From the IMG/VR virus record IMGVR_UViG_2864804954_000001, positions 46,193 to 110,192 of that record: a DNA stretch of 64,000 nt, one strand, 5' to 3'. The translations under genes and the position numbers were made by a program. The notes beneath the pieces were generated by a model. That model did not search any database, was not told the origin of the DNA, and saw only the letters and a list, made by a program, of their open reading frames with translations. The stretch is from a virus (taxonomy: Duplodnaviria; Heunggongvirae; Uroviricota; Caudoviricetes). Below, one piece after another: positions 9,596-18,319 of the stretch (the stretch's first letter is position 1; every line of letters starts with the position of its first letter).

Positions 9596-10211
9596 TCTTC
9601 TCGCGGAAGCGTTTGTCGATAGTCACGGTAGGCGCAAGGTCTTTCACCATGTCGCTATGTGTAGTGGCAACCAGTACAGTCGCACCCACGCTACGTGCCA
9701 CCTTCTGAAGATTGAAGGCAATTACTTTGGCGGTGGTTCGGTCGAGTACCGCTAAGAACTCGTCGGCAATCCAGACTTGCGCACCTGATTCAATTAACTT
9801 GGCAAGACGGAAACGGTAACGCTGACCATCCGACAATTCACTTGGCTTGCGAATGAACAGGTATGCGTCGTTTAAGCCTGCAACTGAAAGCAGTGTGAGC
9901 GCTTCCTTCGTGCTTGTTCCAATTTGGTCGATTAGAGGCGCATCGAGCAGTTCAACCTTGTCGATGTCGGCAACGGTTTTCCCTTCTGCCGTCATTAAGG
10001 TTGATAACTCACGCAGAACAGTGGACTTACCCGAGCCTGATTGACCCGTGATATACACCACATCACCTTCGCGAATCTCGATGCCTAGGTTATCGAACAC
10101 CACGAACTCTTTATCGTCCAACCCAAGTCCGAAGGCTTCCGCAATCTCCAAGACGCGCTTTGAGCGTTCAACTTCCGTGTTGTAACGCTTGTCAACTGTG
10201 TAGATCGGCAT
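9555..10211 (-). CDS. stand-alone ABC-type ATPase (218 aa)
   Basis: Walker A GQSGSGKST; ABC signature-like LSDGQRYRFRLA; Walker B WIADEFLAVLD; H-loop TTHSD. No transmembrane partner. Confidence 0.6.
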   Translation of the reverse strand: MPIYTVDKRYNTEVERSKRVLEIAEAFGLGLDDKEFVVFDNLGIEIREGDVVYITGQSGSGKSTVLRELSTLMTAEGKTVADIDKVELLDAPLIDQIGTSTKEALTLLSVAGLNDAYLFIRKPSELSDGQRYRFRLAKLIESGAQVWIADEFLAVLDRTTAKVIAFNLQKVARSVGATVLVATTHSDMVKDLAPTVTIDKRFREKIDIKAPEGYKNAE

Positions 10212-10861
10212 TATGCGGCTTCCATAATCTGTTTGATGTAACCCACAAAGGCTTGCGCGCCTTCTGCACCTGTCTCCGCTTCTGCTACTGCCAAAAAGCG
10301 TCGAATGGTACGTTCATCTTTGATGGCGATCTCTTTGAAGCCGAGCACCTTGTCGATACGCACGACGGCATTGTCGGTTTCTTCGATCATTTCACTGGTT
10401 TCTTCGGAGTGCTTTTCAGCTTCCGCGCTAATGTCCATCACAATCGCGTCAAGGTCGAACGTACCCAAGTCGGCAAACATGAAGTCAATTTCTTTCTTGT
10501 CGAAAATGCCGTCCATGTCAAAGTCAAGGGTTGATAACTCTTGTTGAAGAATGTCGGCATCAATGTCACCTACGGCAACGCGGTTGTCGGCAAGGCGCGA
10601 AGCTCGCGCTTGTTCTTCCGTAAGGTCATCACGCACCCATACTGGAACACTGGTAATACCTAAGTGAATCGCTGCAAGGCGACGACCATGCCCTTTGATG
10701 ACAACATGGTCTTTGTCTACGACAATTGGTTGGTCCCAACCAAACTCCGAGATTGACTTAGCAATCTTTTCGATTTGTTTTTTGTCGTGAACTTTGGCAT
10801 TCAGCTCGTATGGCTTGATGTCGTCAATGTCGAGGTAGACCACAGGAACTTTGATTGTCAT
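10211..10861 (-). CDS. ParB-like nuclease domain protein (216 aa)
   Basis: ParB N-terminal domain motif KGHGRRLAA and upstream DIDDIKPYELNAKVH. Acidic C-terminal half. Confidence 0.6.
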   Translation of the reverse strand: MTIKVPVVYLDIDDIKPYELNAKVHDKKQIEKIAKSISEFGWDQPIVVDKDHVVIKGHGRRLAAIHLGITSVPVWVRDDLTEEQARASRLADNRVAVGDIDADILQQELSTLDFDMDGIFDKKEIDFMFADLGTFDLDAIVMDISAEAEKHSEETSEMIEETDNAVVRIDKVLGFKEIAIKDERTIRRFLAVAEAETGAEGAQAFVGYIKQIMEAA

Positions 10862-11175
10862 TAGTCGATCTCCAACTCACCCATAGAACCTAAACCTACA
10901 GGTTGATAGTCAGGGTGATCAGGAGAGAGTGGCTTTTGTGATTGATCGCCTAATGTCAGTACCGCAACACGTTCCAGTGTCACCTCGCGATAATCGCGCA
11001 CCACGTCAAGTTCGTCATGAAGTAACTGTTCTTCGCGCTCGCTGATGCCGCCTGCTTTGATGATAGATTGAAGTAAGGCAACTTCGTCGGCCAGTTTGTT
11101 TGCTCGGTCGATGAGCTTTAGAACCAAAGCTGCTTTTTCTTTTGGAATTTCAACTTCCGCTGTTTGTTGTGTCAT
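10861..11175 (-). CDS. hypothetical protein (104 aa)
   Basis: ORF in ATGA overlap with both neighbours. Confidence 0.45.
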   Translation of the reverse strand: MTQQTAEVEIPKEKAALVLKLIDRANKLADEVALLQSIIKAGGISEREEQLLHDELDVVRDYREVTLERVAVLTLGDQSQKPLSPDHPDYQPVGLGSMGELEID

Positions 11176-11178
11176 TGC

Positions 11179-11820
11179 TTAATCCTTTAGCAATAGGTGT
11201 ACGAGTGCATCGCCTGCGTTGGTCATACTGTCCGAATCGTCGAAACCTTGAACCTTAATGGTCTTTTCGATGATTTGAGTTACCGCATCTACGTCCTTGA
11301 GCGGCACTTTGAATCGCATAACTTGGTGAGTTTGCACAGCTTTTTCATTGGGCAAATCATCTTCATCTTCAGGCAATGCCAAAGAGTCTAGTTCTTCCAA
11401 CGCTATACTTGAGTTAGTAAAGACCGAATCTAAATCCTCAATCGAAAGTGGCATTACAGCGATCAAGTCTTTGTAGTCACCAAGCGATTCGAGAATTTCG
11501 GCCAACTTGAAGGAATCGTCTTCACCAAAGCGACCGTTATCGACCAAGCTAATTTCTTTTGCTTTGCGATCATCAAGGATGCCGAGGTTTACGATTGGAA
11601 TCGAAGTTAAGCCAAGACGTTGTGCGATTTCAGCGCGGTGTTCACCGCCAATAATTTGAAGCGTCCCATCCAAGAGTTCGCGAACAATTACAGGCTTGAA
11701 CATGCCATAACGCTTGATGCTTTCTTCGAGTTTTGCATCGTTGTCGGGAGACACGATGTTGGAGTTCCAGGGGTTAGGAACGAGTGAGTCAGGATGTACC
11801 TGAGTGGTTTGGTATGTCAT
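11179..11820 (-). CDS. ParB-like domain protein (213 aa)
   Basis: ParB N-domain motif GGEHRAEIAQRLGLTSIPIV and PNPWNSN. Second ParB-like paralog. Confidence 0.55.
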   Translation of the reverse strand: MTYQTTQVHPDSLVPNPWNSNIVSPDNDAKLEESIKRYGMFKPVIVRELLDGTLQIIGGEHRAEIAQRLGLTSIPIVNLGILDDRKAKEISLVDNGRFGEDDSFKLAEILESLGDYKDLIAVMPLSIEDLDSVFTNSSIALEELDSLALPEDEDDLPNEKAVQTHQVMRFKVPLKDVDAVTQIIEKTIKVQGFDDSDSMTNAGDALVHLLLKD

Positions 11821-11833
11821 TCCTTATATCTAG

Positions 11834-11858
11834 TAAAGTAAGTCACGGGTGACTATAC
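11834..11858. promoter_or_regulatory. palindromic element PAL in divergent intergenic region
   Basis: TAAAGTAAGTCACGGGTGACTATAC. 14 nt from the minus-strand ATG, 42 nt from the plus-strand helicase ATG. Confidence 0.5.
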
Positions 11859-11899
11859 TTTGCCACAATCAAACATAATTTGCAAAGGACAAACACACA

Positions 11900-13621
11900 A
11901 TGACAGAAGTAGTAACCATTGCTTACAACGCAATTAATGCGAAATTGCACAACCCATCGGTAGATGCAAAACTCGCGGTTCAAGCCGTGCTGTCATACAA
12001 GGTCGATGGGTCAGAGCATTCACTGGCTTACAAACAACATAAATGGGACGGTCGTTCATCATTCTTTGAGTACAAGACCGCATCATTCCCAGCGGGTTTC
12101 GTTCACTACGTCGCTGCCAATTTGCGCAAGAAAGGTTTTGAGGTTCGCTTGGCGCGTAAACCAATGCCTGAACCTTTGGGTCCTGAACGTCCAGAAGTTG
12201 ACGCATTCGGCTATGTGGAGAAATACGACTATCAGCCACAGACTGTTGATCGCTTGGTGAAGTACGGCCAGATGATCGCTCAGGTCGCCACAGGTGGTGG
12301 TAAGAGCCGCATTGCACGTATGGCATTCCTTCGCATTGGTCGCCCTACCCTATTCCTTACTACACGCTCAATCCTGATGTACCAAATGAAGGATACTTTC
12401 GAGAAGGACTTGGGCGTGCCGTGTTCGGTGTTTGGTGACGGTCAGTTTGGTGAGACCAACGCTGCAGGACAAACCTCAGTGAAGCGCATGTCGGTTGGCA
12501 TGGTGCAGACCTTCTCGTCAAAACTTGAAGTGCCATCATTCGAGGTGGAGTTTCAAGTGCTTTACGAGGCGGTTACCAAAAAGTTTGAGGCTGAAGCAAA
12601 GGGTTTAACGTCGGAACTGAAGAAAGACGGCTTGCCACAGACCATCATCAAGAAGCGCATCGAGCAGCTTGCCGCCAAACAGCAGGCAGCCCTTAAAAAG
12701 AATGCACCCGCAATGAAGGCAAAAGCTGAGGCGAAGGTCAAAGAGAAAGAGACTGAACGCCAAAAGACCATCAAGCTACTTTCCATGTTTGAGTTTGTGA
12801 TCTTGGAAGAAGCACACGAAGCGTCAGGCAATTCGTACTATGACATTCTGCGTCACTGTGTTAATGCCAATTACCGTCTTGCTTTAACTGCTACACCGTT
12901 CATGAAGGACAGCGAAGAAAGCAATATGCGCTTAATGGCATGTAGCGGTTCAATCGGTATTAAGGTTACAGAGAAGATGTTGATTGATCGTGGCATTCTC
13001 GCAACGCCTTACTTCAAGATTGTCCAACTGCAGCGTAAGCCTGAGAAATTGATGCGTGGCACATCTTGGCAGTCTGCGTACCGCATTGGCGTGAAGGAGA
13101 ATGAAGAACGTAACCTGTCGCTTGTGGCTGAGGTCAAACGCGGTCAGAAGTATGGCTTAACTGCAATGGTGTTGGTGCAACATACGGCTCACGGTGAGCA
13201 TGTTGTGGAACAGTTGAACAAGCATGGTGTCCGTGCTGAGTTTATCTCGGGCGATTCTACACAGCCCGAACGCAAACGTGCCTTACAGCGTTTAGCCGAT
13301 GGTGAGACTGATGCGCTTGTGGGTACCACAATCCTTGATGTAGGTGTGGACGTTCCCGCAGTCGGCATGGTGATTCTTGCAGGTGGCGGCAAAGCAGAGG
13401 TTGCCATGCGTCAGCGTATTGGTCGTGGTCTGCGTGCCAAGAAGACTGGTCCAAACGTAGCATTCGTGGTTGACTTCTCCGATCACTGGAACAGTCATAC
13501 CGACGGTCATGCCAAGCAGCGTCTTGAGATCATCCAGTCTACGCCAGGATTTGCAGAGAACATCGTCCGTGATTTTGACTTCAAATCTTTAGGCTTCAGC
13601 GAAGTGGCAAAAGCTGCATAA
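11900..13621 (+). CDS. SF2 DNA helicase, UvsW/type III restriction-res-like (573 aa)
   Basis: Walker A TGGGKSRIA, DEAH-like box ILEEAHEASG, motif III TATPF, C-terminal helicase domain (FISGDS, GTTILDVGVDVP, RQRIGRGLR). Only sizeable plus-strand gene. Confidence 0.7.
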   Translation: MTEVVTIAYNAINAKLHNPSVDAKLAVQAVLSYKVDGSEHSLAYKQHKWDGRSSFFEYKTASFPAGFVHYVAANLRKKGFEVRLARKPMPEPLGPERPEVDAFGYVEKYDYQPQTVDRLVKYGQMIAQVATGGGKSRIARMAFLRIGRPTLFLTTRSILMYQMKDTFEKDLGVPCSVFGDGQFGETNAAGQTSVKRMSVGMVQTFSSKLEVPSFEVEFQVLYEAVTKKFEAEAKGLTSELKKDGLPQTIIKKRIEQLAAKQQAALKKNAPAMKAKAEAKVKEKETERQKTIKLLSMFEFVILEEAHEASGNSYYDILRHCVNANYRLALTATPFMKDSEESNMRLMACSGSIGIKVTEKMLIDRGILATPYFKIVQLQRKPEKLMRGTSWQSAYRIGVKENEERNLSLVAEVKRGQKYGLTAMVLVQHTAHGEHVVEQLNKHGVRAEFISGDSTQPERKRALQRLADGETDALVGTTILDVGVDVPAVGMVILAGGGKAEVAMRQRIGRGLRAKKTGPNVAFVVDFSDHWNSHTDGHAKQRLEIIQSTPGFAENIVRDFDFKSLGFSEVAKAA

Positions 13622-13697
13622 TTATTTGAGGCGATGTAGTCAATACTGCATCGCCTGCTATATAATGATTGCATCAATATATTATTAGAGATTTACA

Positions 13698-14003
13698 ATG
13701 AATGACAAGTTTGTGCCGCTAGAGGCAAGCGAGTTCTATCGCAACAAAGGCTTAAAGCGCGTTTCGGTCACTTTGACTGATGGCACAATTGCCTTTCTTG
13801 AGGACAAGCGTCAAGAGTTCAGCGCAATCAAGACCACCAAGCAAGGTGATGTTGTGGATGCGCTAGTTGCCACTTATCTTGACAACCCACAGTTTGCAGC
13901 TGCCGTAGACGAAACCTTACGCAACATCCTTGATCAGAAGGTGATGCAGAAGATGGGTCGCAAAGAAGGTTGGCGCAAAGACAAGTCGGATGACTCGAAG
14001 TAA
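13698..14003 (+). CDS. hypothetical protein (101 aa)
   Basis: Plus-strand ORF downstream of the helicase, followed by a terminator. Confidence 0.45.
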   Translation: MNDKFVPLEASEFYRNKGLKRVSVTLTDGTIAFLEDKRQEFSAIKTTKQGDVVDALVATYLDNPQFAAAVDETLRNILDQKVMQKMGRKEGWRKDKSDDSK

Positions 14004-14019
14004 CCCTCTCAGATCACAC

Positions 14020-14047
14020 AGAACGCTCCATGTGAGCGTTTTTTTAC
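14020..14047 (+). terminator. intrinsic terminator of plus-strand island
   Basis: AACGCTC-catgt-GAGCGTT followed by TTTTTTT. Confidence 0.6.
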
Positions 14048-14257
14048 GCTTATAGTTTGCTAGACAGTGCTTTGCTGTAACGTGTGAAATTGCGCAGCTC
14101 AGAGCCATATACGACGTTTTGCGATCTTACACGTACAGTCAGAGGCTTGCGTAAAGTTGATTTTGATGTATGATGAACCCAAACGAGTGTAGTGACTTGT
14201 TTGACCTGTAAAAGCTCAGTCGGAAACGATTGGGCTTTTGCTTTTTTCTGTATGCTA

Positions 14258-14342
14258 ATTTTCCCAAATACCCACCCCTCTTTTTCCTCCCATCCTCCCA
14301 AGTTCCCAAATTGGTAACTCCCCAAATTCCAATCTTCCCAAG
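14258..14342. repeat. strand-biased C-rich tract with CCCAA(G/A)TT units
   Basis: TTCCCAAATACCCACCCCTCTTTTTCCTCCCATCCTCCCAAGTTCCCAAATTGG...CCCCAAATTCCAATCTTCCCAAGG. Related CCCAAGTT units occur in R1-R3. Confidence 0.4.
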
Positions 14343-14642
14343 GCTGAACGCGTGCCGCATCTTGCCCTGTGCCGATGTTTGGCGATCTGTCGTTGGAAGT
14401 ATAAGGACAAGGTATCCACCACCCCATCCTGGAAATATAAGGAGGTCGTCGGAGGTCGGAGATTGAGGAAGGCTATGCACACGAAGGTTCGCGAAATTCC
14501 TAAGACTTCGCTTGTATATTATTTGATCAATTGATTCAGGTCTTGCTTAGTGTGTCGCGTCGCGTCGCGTGTTGCATCATCACTACATAGAAAAAAGCAT
14601 AGTGCTTTATACACTATGCTCTATATTGCGTTGTAATGCGTT

Positions 14643-15287
14643 TTAAGCTGCTGCTACTGCGTCGTCGTTGATGTTTAGCATGTTTAAGAAAATCTCACTG
14701 TGAGCGCTATCTTTGAAGCTTATAGCGTCGTCTTTTTTACCTTTTTCAACATGACACACATCGAGAAGCATTAACATCATGCGCGTGCTGCTGCTTTGCG
14801 TTTCAGCGGTTGACGGTGCAGTATTTTTATAGACTTTGATTTGTTTCAATTCGTCTAGTTTGAAGCTGTCTGTATTTTCGTTGACAATGTTAGCAGACAA
14901 GCAGCGCTCACACTCAAAGACAGTCAATGACTTATTAACTAGCAAATTGCGAACAATTGAGAACGTGTAACCGTCTAGTTTACGCGCGTTATTTTGCGCT
15001 ACTGCTGTCAATAGTTGACGAATTTTAGTGATCACTTTTACAGCAACGAATTTTTCGCTGTCTTTGTCGTTGATCGCAAAGTTTACTAAATCGTCGAGTT
15101 TTAAACCTTTTTTGATGCACAAGTCGATCATAGCTAAACCGCTTGCAGACGCGAAAGATTTAAGGTCGGTGCGCAATGTTTTGCATTCTTTACCTGTTAT
15201 ACCTTCGTGTAACGGTAAACGTATTTCGATCGCTTCAACGATAGCTTTTTGTAGTTTAGTTGCTTTTGCAGACGCTTTAGTAGTCAT
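14643..15287 (-). CDS. hypothetical early protein (214 aa)
   Basis: ORF preceded by promoter copy A (TTGCAT-16-TATTAT) and the conserved leader. Confidence 0.5.
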   Translation of the reverse strand: MTTKASAKATKLQKAIVEAIEIRLPLHEGITGKECKTLRTDLKSFASASGLAMIDLCIKKGLKLDDLVNFAINDKDSEKFVAVKVITKIRQLLTAVAQNNARKLDGYTFSIVRNLLVNKSLTVFECERCLSANIVNENTDSFKLDELKQIKVYKNTAPSTAETQSSSTRMMLMLLDVCHVEKGKKDDAISFKDSAHSEIFLNMLNINDDAVAAA

Positions 15288-15348
15288 GATGTATATACCT
15301 TATGTAGTGAGTGTTTAACCGTTTATCGAACCGTGTTTTGTGTTCTTC

Positions 15349-15390
15349 GTTTCGATAAAGCTATAATAGCAGATTTAAGTATTGATGCAA
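15349..15390 (-). promoter_or_regulatory. sigma70-like early promoter plus conserved leader (copy A)
   Basis: Minus strand reads TTGCAT-16 nt-TATTAT-AGCTTTATCGAAACGAAGAACAC. About 90 percent identical to copy B over roughly 100 bp. Confidence 0.55.
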
Positions 15391-15427
15391 CACTTATTTT
15401 ATAAATATTGCATCAAGTGTTCATTAT

Positions 15428-15817
15428 TTAAGCGGTTGCTTTAAGTGCTTTTTTCGCTGCTTTTTCGCGCTGCTTTTCTTCGTGCGCTGCAATCTCAGCA
15501 AAGAACAAGCGCAATAAGTCATGTTGTGAAATATTTAAGATTTTTTCAGCGTCGAACAAATTAAAACGGTACTCATCGAGCGAAGATACAACTCTCGCGA
15601 CAAAGGTTAAAAAATCACCTTCTGTTAATTCAGTCTTGACAAGCGCAAGCGTTGCAATTGTCTTTTTCAAGTTTTTAGCAATTACCTTTTTGCTTGTTTC
15701 GTCTTCAATTGAAAATTGAACCTCAAAGTGCTGTTTTGACGTGTACACGTCAAAAGTTATTTGAACAAGCGGTGTAGCGGTTGAAGCGATAAATTTCTGT
15801 TTTGCTAAAATTTGCAT
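15428..15817 (-). CDS. hypothetical early protein (129 aa)
   Basis: ORF preceded by promoter copy B. Confidence 0.5.
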   Translation of the reverse strand: MQILAKQKFIASTATPLVQITFDVYTSKQHFEVQFSIEDETSKKVIAKNLKKTIATLALVKTELTEGDFLTFVARVVSSLDEYRFNLFDAEKILNISQHDLLRLFFAEIAAHEEKQREKAAKKALKATA

Positions 15818-15870
15818 TTTTAAAACCTTATGTAGTGAGTTTGACCATCGAACCGCGTTTTGTGCATCTC

Positions 15871-15912
15871 GTTTCGATAAAGCTATAATAACAGATTTAA
15901 GTATTGATGCAA
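15871..15912 (-). promoter_or_regulatory. sigma70-like early promoter plus conserved leader (copy B)
   Basis: TTGCAT-16-TATTAT-AGCTTTATCGAAACGAGATGCAC on minus strand. Confidence 0.55.
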
Positions 15913-16184
15913 CATATAATTTTAATTATTTTTTGTTTGATCACTGATTATTCAATCAATTTTATTTGCAAAAATAACTATTGATTCAATATTTAAACTA
16001 TGTTACTCGCACGCACGCGCTCATTTATATGCAGTCAAAACTATACCGCTTGAATGCTGGAAATTTCGGGGTGGGAAATGGCTGTTTTTTGATGATTTTT
16101 TGACCGCACCTGACCGACGCACCAAGGACGCACCAAGGCGATTTCCAGGTCGGAGGTGGAGACTAATGGCGATGGCTCGTTAGG

Positions 16185-16290
16185 GGCAGGCGCTTTAGGA
16201 AAAATGTCAGCCCGCCCAAGGACTTTGAAGGCGCATGTTGGTGCAGGCGCTTTTAGGAAATAGTCAGCTCGCCCAAGGGTTTCTCGTTAG
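16185..16290. repeat. tandem 46-bp direct repeats
   Basis: GCAGGCGCTTTAGGAAAAATGTCAGCCCGCCCAAGGACTTTGAAGG and GCAGGCGCTTTTAGGAAATAGTCAGCTCGCCCAAGGGTTTCTCG. A third diverged copy lies at 18535-18580. Confidence 0.5.
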
Positions 16291-16425
16291 CTCAGGCTAT
16301 TGGTTTGATGGCTGCTATTGGTGCACGCTGGTCATGACAGGCAACACACTTCCCTGCTGCGCCCTTGGTTGATGCGTGTATTAAGAGTGACCGCCCAATG
16401 CGAGCGGTCAGTTGTCGTTTAGTCT

Positions 16426-16902
16426 TTAGTGCAAGTCGCTGTATGCTGCACAAGATTTGTCAGCGTAAACAATTACACATTTGTCCAAGTGAATTTCGAT
16501 TTCTTCTGTTGACTTCACATAATGAAGCACACGAGCTTGATCTTCTTCATCTCCTTCAGTGTAACAGTCTGCGCTTGCGTCGTTAATTTCTGCGACCGCT
16601 GTGTACATCGCTTGGTGCTGTTCATGCGTTAGGTGGTCAAGGCAAATTGTACTGAAATACTCGTAGTAATCATTTACACGCAAACCGTCATGGTAAATGA
16701 AGTCTGGTGTCATTGGCGCTGCACCTTTAGGCTGCTGTTCAGGGTGTGAAGCATAACGAAATACTTGATTGTCATTTTCTGCACCGCTACCGCACAAAGG
16801 AGATACGTTGCGCTTGCATAGAGAGATCACACAAGGACGCGAGAAACCCATTACCATTGCGTCGTATCCATGTTCTGCTATGCGGTATGCTGTAACTTTC
16901 AT
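16426..16902 (-). CDS. hypothetical early protein (158 aa)
   Basis: ORF preceded by CATAATAACTCTATCGAAACGAACAAC leader at 16927-16950. Confidence 0.45.
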   Translation of the reverse strand: MKVTAYRIAEHGYDAMVMGFSRPCVISLCKRNVSPLCGSGAENDNQVFRYASHPEQQPKGAAPMTPDFIYHDGLRVNDYYEYFSTICLDHLTHEQHQAMYTAVAEINDASADCYTEGDEEDQARVLHYVKSTEEIEIHLDKCVIVYADKSCAAYSDLH

Positions 16903-16926
16903 TTCGTTTAACTCTATGTGTTGTTC

Positions 16927-16960
16927 GTTTCGATAGAGTTATTATGAGTGTCGTTCTAAG
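16927..16960 (-). promoter_or_regulatory. early promoter/leader, TCGAAAC family
   Basis: Minus: CTCATAATAACTCTATCGAAACGAACAACAC, no SD before the ATG. Confidence 0.45.
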
Positions 16961-16994
16961 GCTTACTACACTAGGCGTAGGGTAGATGCAGATA

Positions 16995-17135
16995 GGTGAC
17001 AATGTTGCCTGCGAAAGCCTGATCTAGCCTTGGATCGGCCTGTGCCTGCCTTTGCCTGTGGCCGCCTGAATGTGCCTCGGAAAGTTTTGGGTGTGCCTGA
17101 GCCTGTAAATGCCTGCATGAGCCTGTAAATGCCGT
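16995..17135. repeat. GCCTG pentamer cluster and 15-bp direct repeat
   Basis: At least 10 GCCTG/GTGCCTG units. GAGCCTGTAAATGCC occurs twice (17099, 17119). Confidence 0.45.
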
Positions 17136-17160
17136 GGTATCTCTATAGAGAAGAACCGCA

Positions 17161-17439
17161 CTAGGCGGCCTTTCTTAACTTACGATCTGCAAAGTCCATT
17201 AGCTTTTTAGTGAATTGCAGATACTTGGCGCGGTCTTTCCCAATCAGCTCGTATGGGAAAGGCGCACCGCTCTCAATGAGTATGATCTTCTTTCTATGCT
17301 CGCATATATCAAGCACAGGCATAAAGTGACCGATCTCTCTTGTACGTGCGCCAAGATCGAGTACAGCAACTTTGAACGAATGACCTTTTAGGCGCGCTGC
17401 TATTAGCACTTGACCGTTTTTAATTAAGCGTAATTTCAT
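17161..17439 (-). CDS. hypothetical early protein (92 aa)
   Basis: True start MKLRL. Upstream ORF extension translates the leader as SIETN. Confidence 0.45.
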   Translation of the reverse strand: MKLRLIKNGQVLIAARLKGHSFKVAVLDLGARTREIGHFMPVLDICEHRKKIILIESGAPFPYELIGKDRAKYLQFTKKLMDFADRKLRKAA

Positions 17440-17462
17440 TTCTTTGTACCGTGTGTCGTTTG

Positions 17463-17520
17463 TTTCGATAGATGTATTGTGACGCACGATGTATGGACAT
17501 GAAGTGTTTGGAGTGCGAAT
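17463..17520 (-). promoter_or_regulatory. early promoter/leader, TCGAAAC family, with upstream GATGTATGGAC box
   Basis: Minus: ACTCCAAACACTTCATGTCCATACATCG-TGCGTCACAATACATCTATCGAAACAAACGAC. Confidence 0.45.
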
Positions 17521-17550
17521 TTGTGGCCTTGCCTGTGAGTGCCTTGGTTT

Positions 17551-17592
17551 TATTATATAAAGCCGCTCTATAGATAGAGCGGCTTTGTTTCT
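17551..17592 (-). terminator. intrinsic terminator (12-bp perfect stem)
   Basis: AAAGCCGCTCTA-taga-TAGAGCGGCTTT flanked by A/T runs. Confidence 0.6.
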
Positions 17593-17933
17593 TAACTGTG
17601 CAACTTGAGCAGTGAGTTATCTAATACCATTTTGGACACAAACTCGCGAGCGTCTGTCGCTTCGTAGAAGTTATGCGATCGGACGAGCTTCAATTCGTCG
17701 TATGTTAGTGCGTCAACGCATGAAATGTTGCTAATGTCACAATGACCGCTTGTATACTCGTTGATCTCGAAAATCAGCGCTTCATCACTGCTATAGACCG
17801 CAATGTCATAAATCAGATTGGACGCTTGCAGTACGATAAAATTACCATCTTCGACGTTGCAGTCTTGTTTTATGCTTTCAAGTTCTGCGATTTCGTCAGC
17901 GGTAGCGATTTGATTATTGATAAGTGTTTGCAT
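17592..17933 (-). CDS. hypothetical early protein (113 aa)
   Basis: True start MQTLINN. ORF-track N-terminal extension is leader read-through (LIETTN). Confidence 0.45.
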   Translation of the reverse strand: MQTLINNQIATADEIAELESIKQDCNVEDGNFIVLQASNLIYDIAVYSSDEALIFEINEYTSGHCDISNISCVDALTYDELKLVRSHNFYEATDAREFVSKMVLDNSLLKLHS

Positions 17934-17955
17934 AGCTCTCTTTAGAGTGTTTGTT

Positions 17956-18012
17956 GTTTCGATAAGTGAATTATGAAGCGCGATGTATGGACTTGAAGTG
18001 TTTGGAGTACGC
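17956..18012 (-). promoter_or_regulatory. early promoter/leader, TCGAAAC family with upstream GATGTATGGAC box
   Basis: Minus: ...GTCCATACATCGCGCTTCATAATTCACTTATCGAAACAACAAACAC. Confidence 0.45.
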
Positions 18013-18081
18013 TTGTTCAGCATTGCCCAAGGACGGTAGAGAGAATGGAAAGAGCCACCGCAATGATGGCTCTGTGTGGAG

Positions 18082-18312
18082 TTAGCAGGTGTGCCATTCA
18101 CCTACTATGTCCAGATCATGCACGCCAACCGCCATGCACTGCCCTGTCGGCTTCCAGATGTTGAAAGCTCTTGGGTGAAGTTTGCCGCGAAACATTTTCC
18201 ATACCAACCCTTTAACAGAGAAAGTGCCACGACCCTTCGCCTCATGCACAGTCACTCGACTGCCATTGCGTGTACGGTATTCGCCAGGTTTTGTTATTTC
18301 AAAATTTTCCAT
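18082..18312 (-). CDS. hypothetical early protein (76 aa)
   Basis: ORF with leader TATCATGACTCTATCGAAACGCACAACGAGAG directly upstream. Confidence 0.4.
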   Translation of the reverse strand: MENFEITKPGEYRTRNGSRVTVHEAKGRGTFSVKGLVWKMFRGKLHPRAFNIWKPTGQCMAVGVHDLDIVGEWHTC

Positions 18313-18319
18313 TGTTAAA

